NCBI GenBank assembly: GCA_963719315.1 | Contig: CAVRBU010000012.1 | Span: forward strand, 52,314 to 116,313 | Source of the DNA: an uncultured Planctomycetota bacterium | GTDB lineage: Bacteria > Planctomycetota > Planctomycetia > Pirellulales > Lacipirellulaceae | Reading direction: 5' to 3' | DNA length: 64,000 nt | In this document: positions 54,517 through 64,000 of the stretch, in pieces | How the letters are laid out: each line of letters opens with the position of its first letter | How positions within the stretch are numbered: the first letter of the stretch is position 1 | Notes under the pieces: model-generated | The model's database searches: none | What the model was told of the DNA's origin: nothing | The model's input: only the letters and a program-made list of their open reading frames with translations | Position numbers and translations under genes: made by a program

Positions 54517-55032
54517 ATGATGCTCAACGATGCCATGCAGCAGGCCGTCAACGCTCAAATCAACAACGAGTTGTTCTCGATGTACAGCTACTTGTCGATG
54601 AGCGCCTATTGCGAGCACAAACAATTTCGCGGCTGCGCGTTGTGGATGCGCCTGCAGAGTCAAGAAGAGCACGGGCACGCCATGCGGCTGTACGATTTCC
54701 TGGTCGCCCGGCAGGGGCGCGTAAAGTTGCAGCCGATCGCCCAGCCGCAATTCGAATTCGACTCCTTGCCCGATGTGTTTCAAAAGGCGCTCGAGCAAGA
54801 ACAGCAAGTCACCAAACAGATTAACGGACTGTACGAACTGGCGTTCAGCGAGAAGGCGTTCGCGGCGCTGGTGGAACTCGAATGGTTCATCAACGAGCAG
54901 GTCGAAGAAGAAAAGACGGCCCGCGATATCGTCTACAAGTTCCAGCTCGTCAAAGACGACCCAGCCGCGCTGTTGGATCTCGATCGCGAGTTGGGCGCCC
55001 GCCAGCCGGACGTAGCGACGGCGACCGAATAA
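54517..55032 (+). CDS. ftnA: Non-heme ferritin
   Basis: QINNELFSMYSYLSMS, QSQEEHGHAM, EQQVTKQIN, WFINEQVEEE. Confidence 0.92.
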   Translation: MMLNDAMQQAVNAQINNELFSMYSYLSMSAYCEHKQFRGCALWMRLQSQEEHGHAMRLYDFLVARQGRVKLQPIAQPQFEFDSLPDVFQKALEQEQQVTKQINGLYELAFSEKAFAALVELEWFINEQVEEEKTARDIVYKFQLVKDDPAALLDLDRELGARQPDVATATE

Positions 55033-55265
55033 TCAGCCGTTGCGATTCGATCTGAAATCAACCAGGCATCCGATAGCTCAACAACCGCAACCTTGCCCTT
55101 TACCGCGCCGAAGCCGCCAAACGCGCGGATGTATATGTAGAGCACGATGCACGATGTGATCATTGCGCACAGCGCGATGATCAATAGCGCGTAGTAAATG
55201 CCGAATTTCGGCTTTTGAACCGCGACCCGCATTGCGGTCGGTGCGATGAGATCGGCTTCGGCCAT
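54933..55265 (-). CDS. Small single-TM protein (3' end uncertain; overlaps ferritin)
   Basis: 'QKPKFGIYYALLIIALCAM'; similar to the neighbouring small protein. Confidence 0.5.
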   Translation of the reverse strand: MAEADLIAPTAMRVAVQKPKFGIYYALLIIALCAMITSCIVLYIYIRAFGGFGAVKGKVAVVELSDAWLISDRIATADYSVAVATSGWRAPNSRSRSNSAAGSSLTSWNL

Positions 55266-55294
55266 GCACGTAGCCCTTTACGATTGCCAAACGA

Positions 55295-55489
55295 TTATCG
55301 GAGATTGATCGGCACTTTCCAAGGGGCCGCCCAAGGGGGCCCGTATTGCCAAATCTCCAGAATCATCATCAAACTGCCGACCGCTAGCGCCGCCGCGGTG
55401 ATGATGAGCAGCACGGTGTAGATGGTCGTCTTCTGCCGGCGAACGAGTACGCCGCGCGGCTCGTCAGAGCTTGATTCGGGTTGCGACAC
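55295..55489 (-). CDS. Small single-TM protein
   Basis: GTG start; 'RRQKTTIYTVLLIITAAALAVG'. Confidence 0.55.
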   Translation of the reverse strand: MSQPESSSDEPRGVLVRRQKTTIYTVLLIITAAALAVGSLMMILEIWQYGPPWAAPWKVPINLR

Positions 55490-56300
55490 GATCGCCCTCC
55501 TGAATCTGGCCCTGTTGATAGCGGCGGTCCACGCGGCCGACCGACTTGTCGGGCGACGTTTCGATGATATCCAGCCGCCCCAAGTATTTGCCGCCGCGCG
55601 AGACTTCAAGCGTGTTGCCCGTCTTGAGGCCGTCGTCGGCGCCGATCGAGACTTCCACAAGCTGCGTGCCGGCCTTCCGCTCGATGTGGCTCACGACGCC
55701 CTCCACCGTCGGAACAACCGAAGTCGGATCGGCATTGGGATTGAACCCGTTTTCACGCAAGATGAGATCCTTGCCGGCCACTTGCTTGGTGAGTTGCTCA
55801 TTGCGTTCTCGGGTAGCATTGTATTCACCTGCCGCCTGATGCAATTCTTCCGTGGCGTTCAACGCCTCTTTGAAGAGTCGGTCCCGCTTCAGTTGTTCGT
55901 CCCGAACTTTACCGCGCAAATCGGCCACTTCGGTATTAAGGTTCTTATTGATTTCTTGCGTGGAAGCGACGGCCGCGATATGTTCGCGTTGATTTTGTCT
56001 CAACCCATCGACTTCGGTTTGCAGTTGCAGGTTGCGATCGACCTGTGACACGCGCTCGGCCTCCGACTTGACCGCTTGCTGCACTGCGGCCGTATTCACG
56101 CGTTGAAGCTCCTCGACCTCCAGATTGTGCGAGGTAACGAGGGCGTCTTTTTCCGCTTTCAACTCGCCGTACTGCTTGCTCAGCTTTTCGCTTTCGGCTT
56201 TCCAATTCTTGTGCGTCGCGTACACCGCCATCGAAAGCCCCATAAACACGAGGCTCATGATCAAGATGACCACGACGAAAACCTTACCGAGCCAATTCAT
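55464..56300 (-). CDS. Membrane-anchored coiled-coil protein with C-terminal beta domain
   Basis: N-terminal TM 'GKVFVVVILIMSLVFMG', coiled coil, 'VEVSIGADDGLKTGNTLEVSR'. Confidence 0.75.
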   Translation of the reverse strand: MNWLGKVFVVVILIMSLVFMGLSMAVYATHKNWKAESEKLSKQYGELKAEKDALVTSHNLEVEELQRVNTAAVQQAVKSEAERVSQVDRNLQLQTEVDGLRQNQREHIAAVASTQEINKNLNTEVADLRGKVRDEQLKRDRLFKEALNATEELHQAAGEYNATRERNEQLTKQVAGKDLILRENGFNPNADPTSVVPTVEGVVSHIERKAGTQLVEVSIGADDGLKTGNTLEVSRGGKYLGRLDIIETSPDKSVGRVDRRYQQGQIQEGDRVATRIKL

Positions 56301-56629
56301 GGTGTGATTCCCTTGCAGCTCTCGACAAACAACGCGGGCGGCGAACGCGCCCGACGCGATCAGCGGCGCCGCCCGCAGCAGGCCATTGATTTACTCAACC
56401 AACAAGGCCGTTACCCGGCGGCGAACTTCAATCAGGATCGAACCGTGGCCACGCCGAGATTCGTTGCTACAGGCCTAATTTCAGTATACGCACCCGTCGA
56501 AATGAGTGTCAATTTTCGGCGAATGGCACAGATCGTGCTGGGTGGACTCGGCGGCAAAGAGCCTCAGTTTGGGCCTCACGACCGGTACGATCCGTGCGAT
56601 TGATCGGAGGAAAAGGCAAGTACGACGTT

Positions 56630-56651
56630 GCTGAATTCGCAAGAATTCAGC
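56630..56651. repeat. REP palindrome
   Basis: GCTGAATTCGCAAGAATTCAGC, exact reverse complement of 26290-26311. Confidence 0.75.
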
Positions 56652-56744
56652 CAAAACAGCGGTTGGCACAGAGTAGACGGCTCGCTCCGCGAATCGAAAT
56701 CCGCCCGCGGAGCGGGCGGACTACACTTAATCCAACTCGGACCA

Positions 56745-56963
56745 CTACCCGTGCGGATGACACCCGCACCCAGCCCCGCACGAACCCGAAGGCGGATTCC
56801 GACCCTCGGCAGGCGCCGTTCCGCGGCCCGGCGACGCCACGATCGGCAGCTGTTTGCTCATCCGCGGGTTGCCACATTTGGGGCAACTTGGCTGAGACGT
56901 TGCGCCGACCAACAACTCGGATTGTTGCCCACATTCCTGGCACGCGTAATCGTACAATGGCAT
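56745..56963 (-). CDS. FmdB-family zinc-ribbon protein
   Basis: MPLYDYACQECG...CPKCG...CGAGCGC. Confidence 0.85.
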   Translation of the reverse strand: MPLYDYACQECGQQSELLVGATSQPSCPKCGNPRMSKQLPIVASPGRGTAPAEGRNPPSGSCGAGCGCHPHG

Positions 56964-56982
56964 CGGTGTGCTCCTCGCGCGG

Positions 56983-57792
56983 CTACCAGCGATCGCTCGG
57001 CCGGCGCAGAATTTCATTGAGCAGAACGGCTTGCCGAACGCCGTCCGGATTGGCCAACATCGCGGCAATTTGCCGAGCCGGCGAGTCAGCCACCGGCGCC
57101 GAAGGTTGCACGGCGGCCGACGAGCCACTGCCCGCCAGCGTGCCCAACGCGTGATCAAATTTGGCCTTTATTTGTTCATCGAACTGTTTGTCTTCCTCGA
57201 TGATTCGATTGCCCAAGTGGGCGGGCTGCTCGGCCAAATTGCCCACGCGTATTTCTTCGCGCTCGGCGGCTCGCTCGGCTAGCGTCACGCGGCGTTTTGG
57301 AATGACGGAACGGTGCGCCGCACGCTTCGGCTCCGATTTGGCCGCCGGACGCGGCTTGGCGATCGGTAGTGCACCGGGCGTAAGCGGGTCGGGTCGATTT
57401 GACTCGCTCCGTGAGCGCCGATCGGACGATTGACTCGCGTCGTCGACCAGCAGTTCGATCTCGCTTGCGGGTCTTTGCTGCTGTGGCCGCGATTGTTCCT
57501 GACCGCCCTGCGGGGGTCGGCCCGCACGCCGCAAAAACTCCTCCACTTGGCTCCGCAATGGATCGGCCTGTTGGCCCGCTGCCTGTACGGGTTTCGGCGC
57601 GCCGGCCTGTGGCTTCGGCTGCGGCTGTTGCGCTCCGGCCGGCGCTCCCGGACGCTTTTTGTTCGCGTTCTTAGTCGATTCGAACAACAGCTTCATGATC
57701 CCGAAGAATACCGCGACAAGCATGATCGCGGCATGCACCAGATCAACCGCCGCCAGCGGTGGATGAATAAGAATCGATTGCATCATCGTCAT
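56983..57792 (-). CDS. Hypothetical membrane protein of the floA operon (YqfB-like position)
   Basis: N-terminal TM, P/Q-rich linker, C-terminal 'VRQAVLLNEILRRP'. Confidence 0.7.
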   Translation of the reverse strand: MTMMQSILIHPPLAAVDLVHAAIMLVAVFFGIMKLLFESTKNANKKRPGAPAGAQQPQPKPQAGAPKPVQAAGQQADPLRSQVEEFLRRAGRPPQGGQEQSRPQQQRPASEIELLVDDASQSSDRRSRSESNRPDPLTPGALPIAKPRPAAKSEPKRAAHRSVIPKRRVTLAERAAEREEIRVGNLAEQPAHLGNRIIEEDKQFDEQIKAKFDHALGTLAGSGSSAAVQPSAPVADSPARQIAAMLANPDGVRQAVLLNEILRRPSDRW

Positions 57793-57911
57793 CGTTGCGC
57801 TCAGCGTGGGTCGATCAATGCAATTCTACGCGTGACCGGAACCAGCGAAAACGTCCAATCTAGCACCCAGCTTGCCAAGTCGCGTATTTTAGTCGATCCC
57901 GCACACGCCAC

Positions 57912-59012
57912 TTATTTTCTCTGCGGTCCGCTAGCCACCGCGATCGCGCCCCGCATGTTGGTATCGGCCTGCACGTTCTGCAGTTTGTAATAGTCGAGAA
58001 TGCCCAGCCGGCCCGTGCGAAACGCCTCCGCCATGGCGATCGGCACCGACGCCTCGGCCTCGACCAGCTTGGCCCGGTTCTCCTCGATCATGGCGATGTT
58101 TTCCTGCTCCTGCGAAACCGCCATCGCGCGGCGACCTTCGGCCTGAGCCCGGGCCACGCGGGTATCGGCCTCGGCCTGGTCGGCTTGCAGTCTGGCGCCG
58201 ATGTTATCGCCCACGTCGATATCGGCGATGTCGATCGACACGATCTCGAACGCCGTTTGCGAATCGAGCTTGCGAGCCAACACGGCCTTGGAAATGCGGT
58301 CGGGGTTCTCCAGCACCACTTTATGCGTCTCGGCCGAACCGATCGCGCTCACGATGCCTTCGCCAACGCGGGCGACGATCGTCTCCTCCGTCGCCCCGCC
58401 GATCAGTTGATCCAGATTCGCCCGCACCGTGACCCGAGCCTTTACCTTGAGTTGGATGCCGTTTTTGGCCACGGCGTCGAGCGTGGGCCGCTTGCTGTTT
58501 TTCGGCGGGCAATCGATCACCCGCGGATAAACGCTCGTTTGCACGGCCTCCAGGATATTCCGCCCGGCGAGGTCGATGGCGGTCGCCCGTTTGAAATTCA
58601 GGTCGATGATCTTCGCTTTCCGAGCGGCGATCATCGAGCGAATCACGAGCGGCACGTTGCCGCCCGCCAGGTAATGGGCTTCGAGCCCCTTGGTCGTCAG
58701 CCCTTCACTCTCATAAATGCCGGCTTGCACGGCCATGATCTTGCTCCGCGTGATGACGGTCGGATTGACTTTACGAAACGTCATCCGCAGCAGGTCGAGA
58801 ATGCCGATTCCCGCACCGGTCGTCACCGATTGAATCCAGAGGCGAAAGTAGCGGGCGAAGATCGCGAAGAACGCGAGCGCCACGATCAGAGCCCCGATCA
58901 ACAGCACGAGCGACAACGTAACACCGCTAAAGAATTTGCCGCCACCGCGTTGAGCCAGGAGAAGAAGCCCGTTCGCATGCAAAGAGACACTTGCATTTGA
59001 GAGTTCAATCAT
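57912..59012 (-). CDS. floA: Flotillin-like protein FloA
   Basis: [45 protein letters not shown]. Confidence 0.93.
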   Translation of the reverse strand: MIELSNASVSLHANGLLLLAQRGGGKFFSGVTLSLVLLIGALIVALAFFAIFARYFRLWIQSVTTGAGIGILDLLRMTFRKVNPTVITRSKIMAVQAGIYESEGLTTKGLEAHYLAGGNVPLVIRSMIAARKAKIIDLNFKRATAIDLAGRNILEAVQTSVYPRVIDCPPKNSKRPTLDAVAKNGIQLKVKARVTVRANLDQLIGGATEETIVARVGEGIVSAIGSAETHKVVLENPDRISKAVLARKLDSQTAFEIVSIDIADIDVGDNIGARLQADQAEADTRVARAQAEGRRAMAVSQEQENIAMIEENRAKLVEAEASVPIAMAEAFRTGRLGILDYYKLQNVQADTNMRGAIAVASGPQRK

Positions 59013-59216
59013 GGACGGATTCCGAGTGGGTTGAGATAGCGCAGGCGGTAGATGACTTAAGTCTCACAGCTACAATCACTTGTAATCGCTAGCAGGCTGT
59101 TTTTCAAGGTGTGAGGTAGGTCGGGCGAGCCGAGGCTGACGCAAATTGTCGCCAATTGAGATCGCACCGTGCCGCTCGACTGGCTTCGGCAAGCCCCGTT
59201 CAAGCACGCTGACTAC

Positions 59217-59804
59217 CTAAGCCAATGGATCCTCCAGCGCATCGATTCCCAACTCTTCGATCGGGCGGGAGAGAATATCCTTGGAACTCTGGTTGCCCGG
59301 CCGCTGGTCCTTGCCCGCCGGCCGCACCACCACGCGATTCGCCCGCACCTCGACAACGACTACGTACGCGCCCGGCTCGATCGCCTGGCCTTGCGTCATG
59401 GCGTCGATCATCTGTCCATCGATCTCAACCGCCCCGCTGGGCAGCATCTTGGACCGAGCCACGCCGACGCGCCCGAGCAGCGCCCGCCGCGGATCTTCCG
59501 GTAGCACTTCCTGTTCGGTCTGCAGTTCACCCAGAAACGCTTTGCCCATCCGCGTCTTCGGCCAATATTTGAACGCGATGGCGATCACAATCGGTACGGC
59601 AAACACCGTGACCGCGGCAAAGATCAGGCCCGTCAGCGGCCCCGTCGTCGGACTTTCCCACGACGCGATGACGATCGACGCAATGAACGAAACGGCCGAC
59701 AGCACCGTGATGATTCCGCCCGAAGGGATGAACACCTCCAGCACCACGAGCGCGCAGCCCAGCACTAGCAGTAGAATTGCCCAGGCTATATCGGGTATCA
59801 CCAT
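59217..59804 (-). CDS. NfeD-family protein
   Basis: LEVFIPSGG TM region; C-terminal 'GVARSKMLPSGAVEIDGQMIDA' OB fold; upstream of floA. Confidence 0.88.
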   Translation of the reverse strand: MVIPDIAWAILLLVLGCALVVLEVFIPSGGIITVLSAVSFIASIVIASWESPTTGPLTGLIFAAVTVFAVPIVIAIAFKYWPKTRMGKAFLGELQTEQEVLPEDPRRALLGRVGVARSKMLPSGAVEIDGQMIDAMTQGQAIEPGAYVVVVEVRANRVVVRPAGKDQRPGNQSSKDILSRPIEELGIDALEDPLA

Positions 59805-59915
59805 GGCGGTCGCAGCAGCGGAGCGGGCCGCTGAACTGCGACCCCAGGCCCAATTATACCGCGAAAGTCCAGCCCCCACCGCCTGAATTGGCCGGGCCAA
59901 TCAGTTTTTCAAAAT

Positions 59916-60027
59916 GTAGGGTGGGTCGAGTTTGCGAAACCCACCGCTTTTACGAGAAGCAGCAGCTGTAAGGTGGGCACCGCCCACCAACGATACCACA
60001 CCATGTGTTGGGCGATGCCCACCTTAC
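59916..60027. repeat. GTAG-type REP cluster
   Basis: GTAGGGTGGGTC..ACCCACC; GTAAGGTGGGCACCGCCCACC ... GTTGGGCGATGCCCACCTTAC. Confidence 0.65.
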
Positions 60028-60420
60028 TGTTTGCCGCCTGCCGCACCGCCGCAGAGCCGCCACCTCCGCTTCGCTTTGCGCCCGGTTCGCGAGGTCGCGC
60101 CAGTTGCGCGGCCGATCCACCGACTTTTGGAACGCCCGGCGAAGGCGTCGGCCACGGTCGCCGGAGTAGGTGGGATCGCCGCCATCGGAACCGTTTCTTA
60201 ACGATCGATTGATGATGAATCTCACGCCCGATGTGCACATCGGGCTCGTCCGCTGAGCGGTACCGGGCCGACCACAAAGGTCGTTAGGCAACCGCGAAAT
60301 CCATTTGCCCGGCCGCGTTACCGCGGCCTGCCCAAAAAAGTCATGGTCGAAAATCTCCGACGACAAGACTCTTCATGCCGGAAAACCGACCAACGCGCGT
60401 ATGTTAGAATAACCCTATTC

Positions 60421-62943
60421 ATGTTGCCAGTTTTCAGTTTACGATTTTTCCTCGCTGCGATGCTCTATAAGTCCAGTGTTTTGCTTTGCTGGGTTGCCGT
60501 CGTGCAAGCACTCGCTGTTTTTGCGGCTCCTGTGCTACCGGCCTCCGCGCAAACGGTCTCACTCTGGTTGTTCGATGAGCCACTCGGACTCTATCCAAGT
60601 AGCGTGTTAGATAGCAGTTCAGAGAACGATTTCCCGCTGGTGATTGGTCGTGGAGGGATTCTGGTCGACGGCAAATTTGGCCACGCTCTTGACCCAGTTG
60701 AACGGCCGCCGATTGAATTTCCGTTGGGAGAGAGCGAATTTGGACTTGGCCCAACCTCGCAGTTAACGAGCGGCACGTCGCCCATGACTTGGCGCAATGC
60801 GACGTTCGCAGCCCTGATGACGAGCGGCGAGAACCATCTACGGAAGGAAGTGGCTTTCGCCAACGCTTCGGACGGCCCCTTAAACCTTGGTGACTTTGAC
60901 TGGACCGTGGAATTTTGGCTGCGAATAATGCGTCCCCCTGGCGAGGAGGGGGTCATCTGGGAACTAGGGGCCGGCCCACGTGGAAAGAATGACGAGGTAA
61001 CACAGCTGATTCTGGACCGGGATCACGACAACTTCCGATTGATCAATCGTCCGAGCAAGATCGTTCTGGTTATTCCTTCCGCGCTGGTAGGAAAGGAAAA
61101 GCCGATCGACAAATGGCGTCATTGCGCTTTTGTGTATGACGCTGAGACAGGTCAACTGCGCCACTACGTCGACGGAGTCCTGCAACGTCTGCCGCCGCGA
61201 TGCGCATTGCAGGCAGTTCCTCATGGCGACAAAGCCTACTTTACGATTGGGCGCGACGGCCAGTGGAAACGCCCGCTGCCGGGGCCAATTGATGAGCTGC
61301 GGTTCTCACGAGGCCAAGTTTACCGCGGTTCGTTCACGCCGCCCGCAAGTTTTGCGACGCCACGGCCTCATACCAGTCCTAAGAAGATTGACTTGCCGCT
61401 GTTGTGGGAACCTAAATCGAACGCCGCACATCCGATGAAGGATAAACTCCCTGTCCAACTTGGAAGTCGAAAACACGTTTTCTTGGACGATGCATTGATC
61501 GCGGAAATGGAGAATTGCGAGTTCACCGTCAATCCGCCGCGTACGACGGAACGAGTTATCGACAATATCACAGGGGCGTTTCGCAAGCACCTTACGGTCG
61601 TTGAGGATGAGGAAGGGTTGATCCGGATCTATTACGGAGTCGAACAGGATCACTTGGCGGTCCGAGTGTCTCGCGACGGCGTGAATTTTGCGCCGCCGAA
61701 ACTTCCCCCAGAATTCGCTGGCAAGCTCCAACCCGAGCACAACGATTGTGTGGTAATTGCCGAAGAAGTGGGTGGACTCGGGAACCCATTCATCGACCCA
61801 AACGGACTGCCCAAGGAACGATGGAAATACTTCAGCGACTACAACCGACGCGGCATCTATCTTTACACGTCCGCCGACGGTTACGTGTGGCGGCGCGGTA
61901 AGATCGCGACGCTCCCGTACCGGTCTGGGACACAGTCCTGCACTTTCTACGATGACCAGCGCGCGCGATTCGTCTCGTACCATCGGTCGGGTATCTTTCA
62001 TACACCCGCCTTGGACACCCAGCGAAGTTCTGTGGTGACTGAACACTACGACTTGGCGGTACCTAGCCAGTTTCAACCACTAAGCCAACACGAGTATTGG
62101 AATCTGCGTAAGACCAATCCGTTGCGAAACCCGCTCCCATGGTACCTGGATAATGGGCCACTAACACCCGGTGGCTTTGGAATGGAGTTTCGTCACGCTT
62201 TCGATCCCAGCCCGGACGATCCTATCGGAACCGACATTTACGTCACCAAGGCTCAGAAATATGGCGGCGCACCAGACGCTTACGTCGCGTTTCCGATCGT
62301 TTACTTTCATTACGGACCCGATGGCCCACCTACTCGTCGTGCGCTTGCGGAGCCAGAACGCAAGCGCGGATCGGGATCGCTTGAGACGCAGATGGCCGTC
62401 AGTCGTGATGGTCTCTCCTGGAAACGATATCCCCGCCCCGCCTATGTTGGAATCGGCCGCCATGCGGGACGCGACGTGGTGACGGCCTATCTTGCCGACG
62501 GAATGGTTTTTCGAGGCGATGAGATATGGCAATACTATTTCGGGGAGACCCAGTACCATTCCGCACTCCGTCCCAACCCTCAAGGACGAGCCGTTTATCG
62601 GCTCGTGCAGCGACGCGATGGATTCGTGTCGATTGACAGCCCCTATGCCAAAGACGGGCGCATTGTTACCAAGCCGTTTGTCTTTGTGGGCAACCGCTTG
62701 ACGCTCAACATCGACACCGGCGCTACGGGCTACGCTCAGGTTGGCTTCCTCGACGAATCGGGAAAACCAGTGGATGGATTTTCCGTTGATGACTGCATTT
62801 ACATCAATGGGGACTTTGTGAAGACAGAGGTTGAGTGGCTTGGCAAAGGCAAACAGATTGGAAAGCTCGCCGGTCGGACCGTTCAATTGGTTATCCGAAT
62901 GCGTGGTAGTAAACTCTACGCGATGCAATTCGTCGACGACTGA
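60421..62943 (+). CDS. Exported LamG-domain plus beta-propeller (glycoside-hydrolase-like) protein
   Basis: Signal peptide; LamG 'LWLFDE..DWTVEFW..WRHCAFVYD..IDELRFS'; Asp-box-like SRDG/SADG; C-terminal 'RRDGFVS..LTLNID..SKLYAMQF'; start uncertain. Confidence 0.75.
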   Translation: MLPVFSLRFFLAAMLYKSSVLLCWVAVVQALAVFAAPVLPASAQTVSLWLFDEPLGLYPSSVLDSSSENDFPLVIGRGGILVDGKFGHALDPVERPPIEFPLGESEFGLGPTSQLTSGTSPMTWRNATFAALMTSGENHLRKEVAFANASDGPLNLGDFDWTVEFWLRIMRPPGEEGVIWELGAGPRGKNDEVTQLILDRDHDNFRLINRPSKIVLVIPSALVGKEKPIDKWRHCAFVYDAETGQLRHYVDGVLQRLPPRCALQAVPHGDKAYFTIGRDGQWKRPLPGPIDELRFSRGQVYRGSFTPPASFATPRPHTSPKKIDLPLLWEPKSNAAHPMKDKLPVQLGSRKHVFLDDALIAEMENCEFTVNPPRTTERVIDNITGAFRKHLTVVEDEEGLIRIYYGVEQDHLAVRVSRDGVNFAPPKLPPEFAGKLQPEHNDCVVIAEEVGGLGNPFIDPNGLPKERWKYFSDYNRRGIYLYTSADGYVWRRGKIATLPYRSGTQSCTFYDDQRARFVSYHRSGIFHTPALDTQRSSVVTEHYDLAVPSQFQPLSQHEYWNLRKTNPLRNPLPWYLDNGPLTPGGFGMEFRHAFDPSPDDPIGTDIYVTKAQKYGGAPDAYVAFPIVYFHYGPDGPPTRRALAEPERKRGSGSLETQMAVSRDGLSWKRYPRPAYVGIGRHAGRDVVTAYLADGMVFRGDEIWQYYFGETQYHSALRPNPQGRAVYRLVQRRDGFVSIDSPYAKDGRIVTKPFVFVGNRLTLNIDTGATGYAQVGFLDESGKPVDGFSVDDCIYINGDFVKTEVEWLGKGKQIGKLAGRTVQLVIRMRGSKLYAMQFVDD

Positions 62944-63295
62944 GGTGGACCCCAAAAACTGGGCAGCCTGATAACGTATAAAATCCCCGCTGTGGGATGG
63001 CCTATCAGGAGGTTCGGAGAATGGCTCGGAAGCGACGGAGTATTAGCGGAGCGTTCAACGCGAAGGGAGCACTGGCGGCGTGCCGTGGCGAGAAGACGAC
63101 AGCGCAATTGGCGTCCGAGTACGGGGTGCATGCCGGACAAGTGACAGCGTGAAAGAAGCAGCTGTTGGAAAGCGCGGCAGGATTGTTTGAGGACGGCCGC
63201 AGCAGGCGCGCGGCCGAAGACGCCGCCCATGACGAGGAACTGTACGAGCAGATCGGCCGGCTGAAGATGGAGGTCGAGTGGTTGAAAAAATCTGC
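62941..63295 (+). mobile_element. IS3-family left end with orfA pseudogene
   Basis: TGAGGTGGACCCCAAAAACTGG terminus; orfA from 63021 [48 protein letters not shown]; no orfB. Confidence 0.75.
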
Positions 63296-63624
63296 CGAGC
63301 ACCTTGTGGTCTTCGTCGGCGTCCTGCCTGAGCGTCGTATTCATTGCGAGCTTCATCCCCTTGGCAAACGCATCGCGACGTTCGTCGCGTTTGCTGACAA
63401 GCATGTTTCTTTGCGGGCTGGCCTGCAAGTTTGCAGACTTGTATGGCAGAAACTTGGATGGCTGCCCAGCAAACCCACTTGCAATCATGCTGACTTGCTT
63501 GCCGGATGACCTGCAAGCCGACAAGCACGTTTGTTGGCTTTCAGGCAGAATTGCTTGCCGGCGGGATTTTCAAGAGAAGTGATGGCTGGGAGTAGATTGT
63601 CGGGGGTGGAGCTTTTGGTAAGGT

Positions 63625-63920
63625 TTGCCATCGGAACGGCTATACCCTACGCGGCCACAGGAACAGGCGATTCGGCTGGCCAAAGCAAATCAATCCTACG
63701 TGCTTACCACGGGGACGGGGTCTGGAAAGAGTCGGTCATACATCATTCCGGCGGTGGACTACGTGCTAAGAACCGGAAGTGGTTCGGGTATCAAGGCTAT
63801 CGTCGTGTATCCAATGAATTCCTTGGCGAACAGTCAACGCTAGGAATTGGACAAGTTCTTGATGCGGGGATTTAGCGGGCAAGAACCGGCTGTGAGTTTC
63901 GCTCGTTATACCGGCCAGTC
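63625..63920 (+). pseudogene. DEAD/DEAH-box helicase fragment
   Basis: QEQAI..VLTTGTGSGKS..AIVVYPMNSLANSQR*ELDKFL..FARYTGQ; in-frame TAG at 63841. Confidence 0.7.
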
Positions 63921-64000
63921 GCCACAGCGTCAGCGATAGCAAACCTGTCCGGGACTGGAATGAATTACCGAAGAGGCTCCACGAGTCTCGCGAGCCGTGA

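Noticed and set aside
38098..63843. Stop-codon recoding (in-frame TAG at 38098, 44475, 63841; TGA at 63150)
   Set aside because: All fall in decaying accessory genes, and TAG and TGA end many intact genes here

Overview
This 64-kb window is bacterial DNA with Planctomycetota (Pirellulales/Lacipirellula-like) hallmarks: a dockerin-like PEP-CTERM protein, zinc-ribbon membrane proteins, a membrane Ser/Thr kinase and heptamer/REP intergenic repeats. Bases 1-21.6 kb are an accessory region that looks lower in GC by eye. It holds ccmABCD (cytochrome c maturation System I), a ResB/CcsA pair (System II), a PEP-CTERM protein with a CxxCH motif, a 14-heme MtrA/DmsE-type cytochrome and an MtrB/PioB-like outer-membrane barrel with a C-x21-CH motif. 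These are followed by IS66, IS630 and IS5 elements and gene remnants. Together they are the best candidate for an undescribed system: a planctomycete porin-cytochrome extracellular electron-transfer locus with dual heme maturation. Bases 21.9-38 kb are core genes (argH, HEAT/receiver-like protein, sigma-54 activator, ccsA-like/hemA, poly-acidic protein, scpB, cysteine desulfurase, short dnaA, dnaN, dciA, gyrB). Bases 38-41.3 kb are a defence islet: a Type II M/C/R module among decayed toxin-antitoxin genes. Bases 41.3-60 kb are mostly housekeeping (glpX, dinD, fxsA, tpx, TPR protein, mnmE-like, coaX, tRNA-Leu(GAG), ferritin, floA/nfeD). Bases 60.4-64 kb hold a LamG/propeller protein plus IS3 and helicase remnants. 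Many frameshifts fall in essential genes and are most likely long-read consensus errors; most non-homopolymer ones sit next to GCGC. All family assignments are from motif recognition; no database searches were run.
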